64,000 nucleotides of DNA, from NCBI GenBank assembly GCA_026770705.1, contig JANJGN010000385.1, forward strand, positions 310,001 through 374,000, in the 5' to 3' direction. The DNA is from Isurus oxyrinchus (lineage: Eukaryota). The position numbers were made by a program, and so were the translations under genes. Of this stretch, positions 12,803-26,588 are shown one piece after another. The notes beneath the pieces were generated by a model that was given only the letters and a program-made list of their open reading frames with translations, ran no database searches and was not told the DNA's origin. Within the stretch, counting starts at the first letter, position 1. Every line of letters begins with the position of its first letter.

Positions 12803-14112
12803 GTAATATGCCTTTCAGGGATAGCAGCATGACATCACTCAAGGGGAAGTGTGTCATGTGATTTTTCAGAACTGGGCTTGGCTTAAGGAAGTTCTCTGTG
12901 TATTTGTGTGTGTTAGGCATAACGTATATCTGTAAGTTGAAGTTTAGTTTGTATTTCTGTATTTGGGTGTTTTGAAAAGGGGGAACATGAGTTTTGGTTT
13001 CACTTTGGAAGAAGCCGCCTGTCTAATGAGTTTTTATGACTCTTGAAGGGAAGTCAAAACAAACACAAGGTAGAAGAAACTGTGCTGTTGCCTAGTAACA
13101 GTGATCCAGAGGGAAAGACCCACAGAGACCGAGAAAAACAGAAAAATACTTTCAGTTCTGTTGAAAGGAGTTGCCAGGAGAAGCAGCAAAGGAGCGGGAC
13201 AGATAGTCAGTCCCAAAGTAAAGATGAAGCCAAAACCATCGAGTGGAACAGGAGAATGGGCCCAAGAAAACCTTCTAGTCAAATCTGGGAAAGGCCCTGT
13301 TAAGTGAAGTTAAGAGTGAGGAACAGAAGAAGGCTCCAAACATAAAGGGAGAAAGCAGCAGGACACAGACCTAAAGCAAAATAGGCTTGCGAGAAGCCAG
13401 AAGATCCTAGGAGACACCACAGGTTGGTGACTCATTACTACGGCCATGTGAAGCCATGGTGTTCCATTGACACGGCTGAGCATTGGAGAGACAGGGCGTG
13501 GAAGGAAGGCTGAATGCACGTGGCGATCCAGGGGGCAGGAACATGGGAAGGAGAGTTTGAAATAGTGAAAGTGGACCCTTGTGGAAGGTGTCTGAGTGAA
13601 AGTGTCATGTTGGAGAAGATTCCAAAGCGAGTTCTTGGAGAGTGGAGATTGGAAACCCTCATATGGATATCTCAGTTCAGTGAGACTGGTTGGCTCACAG
13701 TGTAACAAGCGTCTGGGGTCTGATGAGGAGGGAGACATAGCATTTGTTCCAAGTGGGTTCTGTCAGTTTCTTTCAGAATGTGGTGTCCCTGACCCCAGGT
13801 CGTCTATTGGTTTACATCGACTGTGCACTTAGTGTGAACATGAGAGTATAAGATAGCTATTGTAACTTGTGTTCTACTTATGAATCTGCAAAGGTATAGG
13901 TCTGGGTGAAGGAGTAATGTAATATAGTTTGTCGTTCCTAGTTTAATAAATGTTTTATTCTTTAGTTAGAAGTTCATCAGATGACTCCTGTGACTCTGTT
14001 CAGTAGCCGCACTCCACATTCAAAAATAAAAAATAAAAGTTAGGACCTATCAAGCTGAGTTCCACCCTGGTATCTGACTTGCCCAGTAGTAACATCAGCT
14101 GGGATGATAACA
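12803..14112 (+). mobile_element. Putative solo LTR
   Basis: TGTAAT...GATAACA termini, AATAAA near the 3' end, non-coding. Mirrored at ~36070-37375. No clear TSD. Confidence 0.45.
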
Positions 14113-17100
14113 CCATCCAGTCCAAGTTTCTCTTTGGCCTGTGAGCAGAACACAGCTCACACAGTTTGGCTGCAGGTGTCTCCCAGCTTTCTATCCTTGT
14201 TCTCATCTCCCTATTCTAAATAACTGAACCCACAATGTATTTACCCAATTCCGTATCAGTGGCTGGTGCCTTTATATCATTATAAAAACACAACATGGTG
14301 ATCAGCGGTGGCCAAACATTCTGGCAGCAAGATTCAGTACAGGTATGACGTGGTGAACAGCCTTAGATCGAGCTACATGACATGAGACGACCCTCGACGC
14401 TTTGGTCAGACCACAACAGAGACACAGCATCAGAGAGGGTTGAAATCGCAGTGTACTGACTGCTCAGGAAACCTTTGAAGACACAGTGACGGGAAAGAGC
14501 TCAAGTAAAGAGCTGGGGAGCAGACGGATCCCTGGTGGTGAGATTACAGCACACGGCCTGTAGGTCAGTGAGTGGGACAGTGTGTATCGCCAGGACCAGC
14601 AGCGGGTTAGCTCAGTCAGGGAAGGCGAGTGACCAGGGTGTGGGCTGGATCGATAGTGAGCGAGGGAGAGTCAAACACACAAAAACAATTATAAAAATCA
14701 GCCCAGAGAAGTTAGTGATTATAACGGGCGGCTTCCAGATTGCTGAACAGCAAATTGAATAAAAAACAAAGACTCCATTACTCCGTGGTGTGTTCCTGCC
14801 ACAACCCGTCTTCGTGGGCGGAGCTTCGGAAAAGCACACAAAAGGGGCTAAAGCGACACTCATCCCAGGTCCTGTAGGAGAAGGAAGGTCAAAGGAATAT
14901 TGTCAGAATGTCCACGAAATTCCCCAGTTTGAACCGGGATGTAGCTGACCGACTATCTGAATTCAGAATGTTTAAACAGCGTACAGAACTCTGGTTTCCT
15001 GATTCAGGTGTGACTGAACCAGACGAACAAGCCATAAAAATTCACCTCACGATTGGGAATGAAGGTCTACCCAGGCTGAACACATCAGGATTAACAGCAG
15101 AAGAGCGAAAGGATCCCCAATAGATATGGACGACATTGGAAGACAGGTTCAGAATCACGTTAAACTCCACATTCATCAGCTAGAGTTTATGTCATTTCAT
15201 CAGCCTACACAATCCATAGACCACTTCATCAGCCGATGTAGAGAAAAGGGTACGCACTGTGATTTCAAACACAGAGTCTGCAGACACAGTTGTTGAGTTG
15301 GTGATCGCATCCACTCCCATGGAAGCCTTCCAGAAAGATCTGCTAGATAAGACCAAAACCTATAGCATTGAAGAGCTACTCAAGGATGGACATAAATACG
15401 AAGTGATCCTCGCAGGTCAACGAAGCTTACAGGTCCTCAGTACAACATCAATTGTTGACACACTCACTAGAACATCCAAACCTAGTGAGACGTGTGGAAG
15501 GTGTGGCCTTCTGCAGGCACCAAGGAAATGCCCAGCTTTCCACCAATCCTGCAAGGCTTGTGGCAGAAAGGGCCATTGACAGCGGCAGGGCACTAGAGCA
15601 AAGGCTGATGCAGCTACAAAGAGCCATGCGCTGATCCAAACAGACCCTACACAACGGGGAACCTTCAATCAATAAGAATGACCATCCGCTATCCCATCAG
15701 GAACATATACATGTGGTGACTGACAAACCAGGAAATGGCGATGATGTACACGGTGAGACGAGGAGCAGTGATCGATATTCCACCTCTCACACATATCCTG
15801 ACGTGGCTTGCCAATAAATTGTGGATTGTTGTCCTTAATGATCTCTCTGGGCACATCAAATAAACTGAAAATGTCCCATAGTGGTGGGATTTTCTGGCCC
15901 CACCCACTGCCAGGATTGTCCGGTCCGGCCGAAAGCCAATGGATTTATATTTGTCCCAATCTCCCAAGGCAGGTCCCACCATGACCGGGCCGGAAAACCC
16001 CGGCCTAGAGTTTGTGCAACATTTGTGCTCAATGTTTTGTGCAATTGTTGAACAATTTCACACCTTTTACACCATCAATCTCACGGAGAACAGATGCTGT
16101 CACATCACCCGCACTATTGGCCAAGATTCCAATTATCTGCCCTGAGAAAGTTGCTACCTCTCCTTTATTGGCCAAGATTGACACAAGGGCAAGTGCCAAC
16201 ATTCCCCTCCCCCAGACCACCCCAGTAAATTTTCAAAGACATGTATCCAAGGACATGGAAGTCCATGGGGAAACCTACTGCTGTGTACAACAATTTACCA
16301 ACTCCATGTGCGCAATACATAGTCCTGGGGTGCAAGTACAATCAATCCTCCTGGGTGTCACAGATGTTCTACATCGTGGAGACTAAAGGCTGAACAATTG
16401 CAAGTCTACCGGCATGCGGTGACCTCACACTAGTGACAATCCATGGAATCTGTCAGAACTGACATGGGTCAACCTCAGAAACTACCCCATCAACTCAGTT
16501 CATGGACATAACATTGAAATATGCAGAAAGTTTCAACAGTATTTGCAGTTTCAAGGGAGCTGCAACATTACACCTGCAGGAGAATGCAAGTCTGTCAATT
16601 GATCCAGTACATTTAGCACAACAGAAATGCCAGCAGCTACAAGAGGGGACAGTGAAAAAATCTACAGGAACTGTGGAAATATCATTGAAAGGGTGGCCTG
16701 ATTCAACTTGACGTCATCGGGATAAGCGAGGCATCTCCCAGGGAGTCATTTTTAATGGCAGGCATCGCATCATACCAGAACCTTTGTGATGATATATTCT
16801 TCAACAACTTCATCCTTCACACATGGGCACAGATCAGACAAGGAGACTCACAAGAGATACAGTCCCTGGCCGGGTATAAACAATGACCTTGAAGTCGTTG
16901 TAGGGAAGTTCGAGGCTTGTCAAGAGGATGAGCCAAGTCAAGACAAAGAACCACTGATTCCACAGGAAATTCCTGCCCATTCTTAGTCCAAAATCACATC
17001 TGAATCCTTTCATGTCCATGTCACTGACTTCATCATCATCGTCGACAGCTTTACCAGATATCCCGTTATTCAAAAATAGCACAACACACCGAGCACAACT

Positions 17101-18185
17101 GCTGCTTACACTCTAAGCACTATTTTCAGTTTATTTGGTGAGCCTAGGGACATGATTACAGATAATCTGGAATATCAATCACACTACTTCTTCTCCTCAT
17201 TACCCCAGATCTAACAGCCTAGCTGAATGAATGATTCACACAGTGAAATCCCTAATTCTCAAATGTAGACAGGCCAAGCAAGATCCACACATTGCAATGT
17301 TACATCTGAGATCGACACCTACAACTGCAACTTTGTTAAATTCATTCATGGGATGTGGGAGTCACTGGTCAGGCCAGGATTTATTACCCATCCCTAATGT
17401 AAGAGTTAACCACATTGACGTGGAATCTGGAGTCACATGTCGGCCAGACAATTTTGTTCCCTTAAGGGCACTGGTGAACAAGGTGGGATTTCCAACAATG
17501 GTTTTGTGGTCATCACTAGACTTTGAATTTCATCTTTTTATTAAATTCAAATTCCATCATCTATTATGACAGGATTTGAACCCATATGCTCAGGACATTA
17601 CCCTGGGTCTCTGAATTACTCGTCCAGCAACAATACCACTACACCATCACCTCACCTTATTCCATCACTGACAGAGAGCATGTTTGGTGGGCCAGTAGTG
17701 ACCAATTTCGCTATTCTTACCCATTCTACTCTCTCAGAAACCAGAGCGCAACTTTTAAAACTACAAGAGAAGATAAGGAATGTTCATGATAAAAATGGAG
17801 GTGCAGAGTTGCCAAGTTTACAGTTGGGACAAGTTCACATCCAGGATCCCACAGAAGGTTCATGACCACCAGCCGAGGTGACAAGGATTTGTGCAGAACC
17901 AAGGGCCTATGGAGTCAAACACACAAGGGCACAGCGGTGAGGCGGAACCGAGGATAAATCAGATCCATTCCCGCTCCTATTCCATCGAGGAGAAGATCCC
18001 ACATGAAATCAGGATCAGCATCCAAGGGTAACAATCCCACAGATCACTGTGAGCAGTTAAAGACACCTCCGGACAAGGTAACCAGCACAAGATCTGGGTG
18101 TACCAGAAGGTCAAATCCATACTTTAGAGACTCAAATATTCAACAGTTCCGTACACTTATGTAATTGTCAATAAATATGAACATG
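14113..18185 (+). mobile_element. Degenerate Ty3/Gypsy LTR retrotransposon (gag-pro-[RT largely deleted]-int) in gene A intron 2
   Basis: PBS-like ACAACA|TGGTGATCAGCG at ~14296. Gag zinc knuckles CGRCG...KCPA..Q.C..CG.KGH, protease-like KIDTRASAN, and integrase WPGINNDLE...CQ and SSPHYPRSN.LAE. Many stops and frameshifts. Absent from the gene D intron. Confidence 0.85.
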
Positions 18186-19183
18186 ATATGAGAAACCGCT
18201 TGCTCCCTATCCTTCTCAAAGATCCATTCCTGCAGCAGGAGCCTGAAGAGTTATTGAAAAGGGACTTAATTTATCGAATTGTAGAATGATCCGGAACAGA
18301 AGGAAGCCATTTGGCCCATCGAACCTGTGCTGGGCCTTTGAAAGATCTGTCCAATTATTCCCACTCTCACCTCTGCTCTCTCCCCCACAGCCCTGCAAAA
18401 TGTCCCCTTCAAGTATTTATCCAGTTCCCCTTCTGAAAGTTCCTGTTGAATCTGCTTCCACCGCCCTTTCAGGCAGTGAGTCAATGGTCTCTCTCTGAGC
18501 TGCAAAGTGATAAGTTTCAATGAAATATAAACTCTGCAGCAGATCAGAAACAATCATGATAACTCAGAATATTTGACAGTTTTACATACAGACAGCTTTG
18601 CCTCCCTTCTCTCTATCAGTTATCTTGCTATCTTATCGAATTTTCTAGCATGGTGAGAATGGACAGGAAGTGTGACGCTGAACTGCCTGTCTAATCTAAG
18701 AGCTTCTGTGTTGTCTTCATGGGGAATTCTGATGAAAATCAGCAAGAGAGAAAAATTTTAGGGCATTGATATCGGAGTGCTTGCGTCAGGATAGACTTCA
18801 TCCCCCAGTTTTTATCCCTGCTTCTCTATTCAGCCGATCGCTCCCCTGTCACTCGCTGACCTACACTGACTCCCAGTCCAGCAATGACTCAATTTTCAAA
18901 ATCTCTTCATTGATTCCTTATCCCTCCATCCTCCCTCTCTACTCCCTATCACTGTCACCTCCTCCAGCCCTGAAACCCTTTGAGGTCTCTGCTGTCCTCC
19001 AATTCTGCTGTCAGACAGGGAGTCAGTGTATATCAGTGAGCACAGGGGTGATGGGTGAATGGGACTTGGTGTGAGTTTGTACACTGGCTCACTGCTGAAT
19101 CGGTTCCCTATCAGAGCTCAATAAGAATGATCTTTTACAAAGACTATTAGCCATAAGTCTGTCCAAGCTGACGATGATATTAC

Positions 19184-19223
19184 CTTGGAGAAGTGACAGG
19201 AGGAAGTAAGATTTCCCGATCAT
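19184..19223 (-). CDS. Gene A leader exon
   Basis: MIGKSYFLLSLLQ + G|gtaat, intact. Confidence 0.85.
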
Positions 19224-19673
19224 TGTCCACTCCCAGATATTCCTTTAGCTTCTCACTCTTAAACTGTGAAAGAGAAAGGAGTTAATGAGACCTCACCTCT
19301 TGTCCGACAGCTCTCGAGAGATCAGAACTGCTTTTAGACAATGTCTTCACAGACTAATTTGGTTCTCTGTGGGATGATAGGTGCTCTGCAGAGAGTTAAA
19401 AAGCTTTAAAAAAATAAATCAATGAAGGACTTGCATTTCTATATCGCCTTTCACTTCCTCAGGATGTCCCAAAGCTCATGTCTCTGCACTTCCCTCATCC
19501 TTTGAGCTAGAAAGATGTTCTGTACAACAGACTTGAGTCTCACACCCAGATCTCAATAATCAGTAGAAATCTTGCAAAGGCATCAATCATTGGAATCTGT
19601 CTTTATAAAGTCACATCATCAACAAAGGACGGTGTTGGTTGTGGAAGTGAATTCCAATCGTTCCGTTACTTAC

Positions 19674-19814
19674 CCAGGACCTGTCCGACTGCTTGCCTGG
19701 GGAGGAACTGCCCACACGCTCTGCTTGGGCTGAATGACCTCTTCCTGTGCTGCTGCCTCTGTGTATTTAATGAGAAAGGGTTGATGTGTCACTTTGAGAC
19801 AAAATGAGGAAGTT
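19674..19814 (-). promoter_or_regulatory. Gene A non-coding 5' exon and ETS-like block
   Basis: Paralog of 2246-2386. Donor TGG|gtaagt, GAGGAAGT at ~19806. Confidence 0.55.
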
Positions 19815-20049
19815 GGATCAAAGTGACAGAACAGGTCGTGTTTTGAGTTTTTTGAAGCTGTTAACCCTTTGCGTTCTGGACTTGTGATGATATTTCTGCT
19901 CAAAAGTGGAAAGTCATTGACCAGGAATTTCTCCTGTGTGTCACTGGATTTCGAATCCTCTCTCTCTCTCTGAGTGAGAAGGTCATCAGTTCGAAATTCA
20001 TTTGGCAAAATTCAGGCTGGCAAACCAGACCGGCACTCGGTGTCAGGAC

Positions 20050-20355
20050 TGAGAGTCCTGCACAGTCGGAGAGTCAGTACTGAGGGAGTGTTGCACTGTT
20101 GGACGGTCAGCACTGACTTAGTGCTGCACTGTCGGAGGTTCTGTACTGCGAGTGTTGCACTCTGGGTGTGCCAGTACTGAAGGAGTGCTGCACTGTCAGA
20201 TGGTCAATGCTGAGGGAGCGCTACACTTTTCAAGCATCAGCACTTAGGGGCTGCTGCACTATCAGGGGGTCATGACTAAGGGACCACTGCACAGTCGGAG
20301 GGTCCGTACCCAGGGAATGCTGCACTGTCGCAGGCTCAGTACCGAGGGAGTGCAA
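20050..20355 (+). repeat. Degenerate 33-bp minisatellite
   Basis: Same unit as 2615-3592. Confidence 0.75.
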
Positions 20356-22679
20356 ACTAAAGTAGTGACAAGCGTTGAATAAACTGGCGATGAGGTGAAA
20401 AACAAGGAAGAAAAAGCAAGGAATGAGAGCAAGGGAACTGAAATCGGGCTGTGCCTCACGCAGTGATTATAAATATAATTTCCATAAGGAAACCCCCCAG
20501 AAAGACTGAATTTGTAAATTACTGATCTGTGTAAATCATTTGATACTTTGAGAAAATTGTAAAAGTAAGTGTAAAATGTATTTCTGAGTAAAGGGGGAGG
20601 GTGGTGGTAATCTGATGTGTGATATACCTTTAAGAAGAAGGTTACAATGGAAGATAACATGAGCTCAGTGTTGTGGTGTGTTCTCAGAATCAACCTCAGG
20701 CCTGGCTAAAAACAGAACTCTACCCATTACAGGGAAACCATCTTTTTTGTTCACAGAGTTAGTCACGTACACATTGGGTTATTTAAATTCAAATCTTGTC
20801 AGTACATAATCACATAATAAGCAGATGTTCCCAGTCCCAGGTACATATCTGCTCCTTACCCAAGCAAGAGCTGTTTATCTCGTTCTAGCCTGGTGCTGTT
20901 TGCCTTTACCTTATCTGTTTACCCTCAGAATCTCTTTATGTCTCTTCTCAAGTTAATCCCTCGTGATCTTCAAGGCCTTTCTGGAGAGTTCTGCTGATGT
21001 CAGCCCCATGGTGCACAAGATTCACCTGGAGAATTCTGCTGACCTTTGGTTTTCACTAATAGAAGTCCCTGTTTAACTCTTATATCAGTGTCCAACAGCC
21101 GAGTGGCGCAGGTACCTCAGTAGTCGGTCACCTTTGGTTAGAGCCTGTAATGCGGAGACAGGGCTTGAGTTGAAAGCACACAAGTGTAGCTGCTGAGTTC
21201 CTTTGTAAATAAGCAGAATGTGTTTCATCTAAGAACTGTCTGCTGATCTACTCTGTCTATTGTACCTACTCAGCCTCTCCAAAACAAGCCTGGATCCATA
21301 AGTCCCAACAAACTCGTGACCAGCATCCAACAGTATCAATAATTAATGTATGTATTGTGGGTGGAATTTTCGATTTGGATCAATAATACTAAACACTGAT
21401 CACTCTGATTGTCACTCTGATCATTTCTGTTTCTATTACAGAAGAAAGATGAGAAGGATCTGGAAATGAAATCTAACCGCGGAGTCAATCCTGATACAGA
21501 TGATGATCTTTACGCAAACTGTGATTTTGCCAAGGATTCTGTTTATGGGAATTTATAAACTGAGTAAGAATGAGACACACACAGTGTGGGGAGAATACAG
21601 AATGGGAGAATCATTCAAAACTCCAATTTACCTTCCTAATATCCACAGGAACTCACTCCCAGGAAATAGATTTAAACCTCTTGTTACAATCTGATGGAAT
21701 TTCTTTGGAATGATCTATCCAGGATGATTGTCTGTGGGTTTCAATTCAAACATCCTCCTTCAGATTTGTCCCTCACTGTTGGAAACATCCTTCTCTCCAA
21801 TCTGATTGTAAATGTCTTTAGATATCGTTCGATGATGTACCAGGACAGAACGGACAAATTCAATCCCGTGTCCTTGATTATGAGTTAATTTTCATTCTGT
21901 TATTCACCTTCCTGTCTGTCAGTGTTTACAGAATATTCATCAGCCAGTGTAGACTTCAGGAAATGCAGGATCGGTGGATAATTGGAGCAGAAGAGATTGG
22001 TAAAATTTACTCAGCATTTTGTAGTCAAATGTATTTTCAGATATATATTTGGATTTTACACTTCATCGTTAAAGAGCAAAACCATCAGCAATCCCGGAAA
22101 CAGGGAAACAATTTGATTGGAGATTTGAGAAATTCTCTGCAGCTCAGAGGATAACAGATGTGATACAGTGCCACCACTGGTGGCAGGACATCATTTCAGC
22201 GTGACATGTTTACATTGATGTTGCCAATGAACATAGGAAATTATGATGTGAAAAATTGGTTGCAGGTTTACCTTCTTCAATATGTCATGGATGGATGAGA
22301 CAGCTTTGACAACAGAATGAGATATAGCTGCAATAAACCATCATTTTAGTCTTTCACACTTGGAGAGTACAATGAGCATCCATCCTGAAGGCTGAGTGGA
22401 TGGGTGGACTGTGCGATGTGTTACAGATCACAGAGACCAACATCCTTGATCCTGGTTCTGCTCTGTGTTTGATGAGATACTTGGATAAAAGATTGGGAAA
22501 ATAAATAATCCTCCGGCATTAACCTGTAACTGGTCTCTCCTTCTGTCAATGTCCTGAGGACAGAATTGGGTTCGAGGTCCAAAATCAGACATTCTTTGAC
22601 TGCCCATTGAATAGGAACAGGAGGAGGCCATTCAGCCTCCTCGAACCTGCTACACAGGAACAAGAGGGCACCTGATACA

Positions 22680-22885
22680 AAAACAGAAAATGCTGGAGAA
22701 ACTGAGTTGGTCTGGCAGCATCTGTGCAGAGATAAACAGAATTAACATTTTGTGTCCTTATGACCCTTCTTCAGAGTCTATAAGCAAGAAGTCTGTTTCT
22801 CTCTCCACAGCTGCTACCAGACCTGCTGAGTTAATGCAGCATTTTCTGTTTTTATTTCAGATTTACAGCATCTGCAGTATTTATT
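22680..22885. mobile_element. Fold-back element made of two opposed Penelope-like terminal fragments
   Basis: AAAACAGAAAATGCTG...CAGCATTTTCTGTTTT inverted arms, similar to the termini at 26455-26588 and 43783-43860. Confidence 0.55.
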
Positions 22886-22892
22886 TTTAATG

Positions 22893-24180
22893 ACAGGAGG
22901 ACATTCAGCCTCTTGATCCTGTTACACAGGAACAGCAGGAGGCCATTCAGCCCCCTCGAGCCTGTTACACAGGAACAGGAGGAGGCACATTCAGCCCCTC
23001 GAGCCTGTTACACAGGAACAGGAGGAGGCCCATTCAGCCCCCTCGAGCCTGTTACACAGGAACAGGAAGAGGCCCATTCAGCCTCTTGATCCTGTTACAC
23101 AGGAACAGCAGGAGGCCATTCAGCCCCCTCGTACCTGTTACACAGGAACAGGAGGAGGCCCATTCATTCCCTCGAGCCTGTTACACAGGTACAGGAGGAG
23201 GCCCATTCAGCCCCCTCGAGCTTGTTACACAGGAACAGGAGGAGGCCCATTCATTCCCTCAAGCCTGTTACACAGGAACAGGAGGAGGACCATTCAGCCA
23301 CTCAAGCCTGTTACATGAGGACAGGAGAAAGCCCATCAGCCTCTTAAGCCTATTATACAGGAACAGGAAAAGGACATTCAGTCCCTCAACACCCTTCCAC
23401 AGGAACAGGAGAGAGTCTCAGCTCCTCGAGCCTGTTACCCAGGAACAGGAAGAGGACATTCAGTCTCTCAACCCACTTCCACAGGAATAGGAAATCCATT
23501 CAGTCCCTCGTGCCTGTTACACAGGAAAAGGAGGAGGCCCATTCTGTTCCCTCGAGCCTGTTACACAGGAACAGGAGGAGGCCCATTCTGTCCCCTTGAG
23601 CCTGTTACACAGGTACAGGAGACCCATTCAGCCTCCACAAGCTTGTTACACAGGAACATTAGGGGCTCCATTTAGCCCCATCAAGCCTGTTACACAGGAA
23701 CAGGAGGAGGCCCATTCAGCCACTCAAGCCTGTTAGATAGGAACAGGTGGAGGCCCATTCAGCCCCATGATGCTGTTACACAGGAACAGGAGGAGGCCCA
23801 TTCTGTCCCCTTGAACCTGTTACACAGGAACAGGAGGCGGCCCATTCAGACCATCTAACCTGTAACACAGGAAAACAAGGAGATCCATTCAGCCTCTTGA
23901 GCCTGTTACACAGGAACAGGAGGAGGCCGATTCGGACACTCGAGCCTGTTACACAAGGACAGGGGGAGGGCATTCAGCACCTGGAGCCTGTTACACAGGA
24001 ACAGGAGGAGGCACATTCAGCCCTGCCAAAGACTGTTACACAGGAACAGGGGGAGGCTTAATCAGCCACACAATCATGTCACACTGGAACAGGAGGAAGC
24101 ACATTTAGACCCCTCGAGCCTGTTACACAGGAACAGGAGGAGGCCCATTCAAACCCTCGAGCTTGTTGCATATGAACAGT
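22893..24180 (+). repeat. ~42-bp minisatellite (CCTCGAGCCTGTTACACAGGAACAGGAGGAGGCCCATTCAGCC)n, about 30 units
   Basis: Tandem units directly visible, no unique spacers. The unit resembles the reverse of a CR1-type 3' tail (compare 40850-40880). Confidence 0.9.
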
Positions 24181-24272
24181 CGATGGCCCTTCAACCACAT
24201 TATTGGCACGCAAAGGGTTAACAGTTTTCTAACAGTGCGAGGCAAAGAGTTGCTTTCTCACTTGGTACCAAG

Positions 24273-24413
24273 CACTTCCTCATTTTGACTCACAGTGACA
24301 CATGCACCCTTTTTAATTAAACACAAATAGGGAGCAGCACAGGAAGAGGTCATTCAGCCCAAGCAGAGCGTGTGGGCAGTTCCTCCCCAGGCGAGCAGTC
24401 GGACAGGTGCTGG
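24273..24413 (+). promoter_or_regulatory. Gene B non-coding 5' exon and ETS-like block
   Basis: CACTTCCTCATTTTG...TGG|gtaagt. Confidence 0.55.
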
Positions 24414-26454
24414 GTAAGTAACGGAACGATTGGAATTCACTTCCACCACCAACACTGTCCTTTGTTGATGTTGTGACTTTATAAAGACAGATTCCAATGA
24501 TTGATGCCTTTGAAAGATTTTTACTGATTATTGAATTCTGGGTGTGAGACTCAAGTCTGTTGTACAGAACATCTTTCTAGCTCAAGGGATGAGGGAACTG
24601 CAGAGACATGAGCTTTGGGATGTCCTGAGATAGTGAAAGGTGCTATAGAAATGCAAATCAATCATTGTTTGTCTTACTTAAAGACTTGTAACTCTCTGCA
24701 GAGCACCTATCATCCCACAGAGAATCAAATTAGTCTATGAAGACATTGTCTAAAAGCAGTTCTGATCTCTCGAGAGCTGTCGGACAAGAGGTGAGGTCTC
24801 ATTAACTCCTTTCTCTTTCACAGTTTGAGAGTGAGAAGTGGATGGAATATCTGGGAGTGGACGATGATCGGGAAATCTTACTTCCTCCTGTAACTTCTCC
24901 AAGGTAATATCATCGTCAGCTTGGACAGATTTATGTTTAGCAGTCTTTGTAAAAGATCATTCTTATCTCTTTATCTCTGTAACCTCCTGCAACTCACCCA
25001 AACAACTTCCCAGATCTCTGTGTTACTCCAATTCCGGCCTCTTGACCATCCCCCGATTCCCATCACTCCAATACTGGCGGCCGGGCCTTCAGCTGCCTGG
25101 GGCCTGAGCTCTGGAATTCACTCCCTAAACCTCGGGATGGAGGAGATCAGAGGGTTTCATTTTACTGAGAATCACCACGACCACATCACAGCTGCAGTGA
25201 GAATAGACAGAGAGTCCAGCCCTCACACTTCCTGCACAGTTTCACCATAGCAACCACAATATGGAAATTTAAAAATACTGAAAGTTAAACTGAAGCTCAA
25301 ACCAGTCAGTGTAGAGAGATGAGATGTTTACACAGTTTCCCTGTGTATCTTGTAGACTCTGTGTTGGGTGGAAGACTGGCTTCACTAAACAGGGTCCTGA
25401 GGACCATGAGCCAATGTAGAATGAACTTGTCCACTCCTGTGTCCAGGATTCTCTTCCCTCCATTGTGAAACCTTGGGGAGTTCCTTGTGTGTCCTGTAGA
25501 TGGTCCACACTGCAGCCACTGTGCCCCAGTGATGGAGGGGGTGGATATCGAGTCTAGTGGATCTACAAACCTTCCAGAGTTAAATATTGACATTTCTCTC
25601 CATAGTTGGACTGTCACAAGATTGAAAAGGCGACACTTCACGAGAGGTGACAGCGCAGGATGGTTCGTGTGTACAGATTCCATGTCATTACAGTTACTTA
25701 TCAAATTTCATAGGGAGATCACGTGTCGGAATCTGCTTGAAAGGAATAGATGGGAACCCACAGCCGAAATGGTCTATAGCCTTTCATTCCGAGGGTCACA
25801 GTCACAGGGATCAAAGATTCCACCATCGGACCAGGCTGTCTGGAGACCTGAAAGATGGCGACTGTTCCCTGATTATAAACAACATCAGACGGGAAGATGC
25901 AGGACCTTATTTTTTCAGAATAGAATTTGACAATGGTCCGAGACATAACTATTATCCTGTAACCCAGCTTCACGTTTCTGGTAAGTGCTGTGTTATAATT
26001 ACTCAACAATTCACATTCAACACTCAATGGGAGATAACACAAACTGTGACGTTTACATATTAACACAAAACGCAGCTTATTATAACTTGCTATCTGATTC
26101 TCAATAACCTGGTGATAGCTTCCAGTTCAGTCCTAAAGCAACCTCTAATACTCACTTTAATATCAATGATTAAAAGCATTAACTGAATTATCAGGTTATC
26201 CACTCCCATCAATCTCTCCTGTCCTGTTTAAAAGTCTGATGTATCGATAAAAGAAAGATGTGCATTTCTGTAGCGCAATTTACCACCTCAGGAGGATCCA
26301 AATCCCTTCACAGCCAATGAAATTATTCCTGAATTGTAGTCACAGATGTAAAACACAGCAGGCAGTTTGTGCACAGCAAGATCCAACAAACCACAAGGTG
26401 ATAAATCACCCAGATCACTGAGGAAATGAGAAGCCAGTGAACTCAAACCTCTGG

Positions 26455-26588
26455 TCTGATGAAGAGTCATACGGACTCGAAACGTTAACCCTGTCTTCCT
26501 CTCCACTGATACTGTCAGACCTGCTGAGTCTTTCCAGCAATTTTTGTTTTTGTTTCAGATTTCCAGCATCCGCAGTATTCTGCTTTTA
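26455..26588 (+). mobile_element. Short Penelope-like terminal fragment with hammerhead-type core
   Basis: CTGATGA-AGAGTC atacg GACTC-GAAACGTT, flanked by an imperfect duplication ACTC.AA.CTCTGGTCTG (26441, 26590). Absent from the paralogous intron near 7760. Confidence 0.6.

Noticed and set aside
14908-17569. Gypsy ORFs as a domesticated or active gene
   Set aside because: Numerous stops and frameshifts, mutated protease motif, RT mostly deleted. Similarity between the two copies reflects recent segmental duplication.
22893-24180. CRISPR-like array
   Set aside because: Contiguous degenerate tandem units with no unique spacers and no cas genes, in a eukaryotic context.
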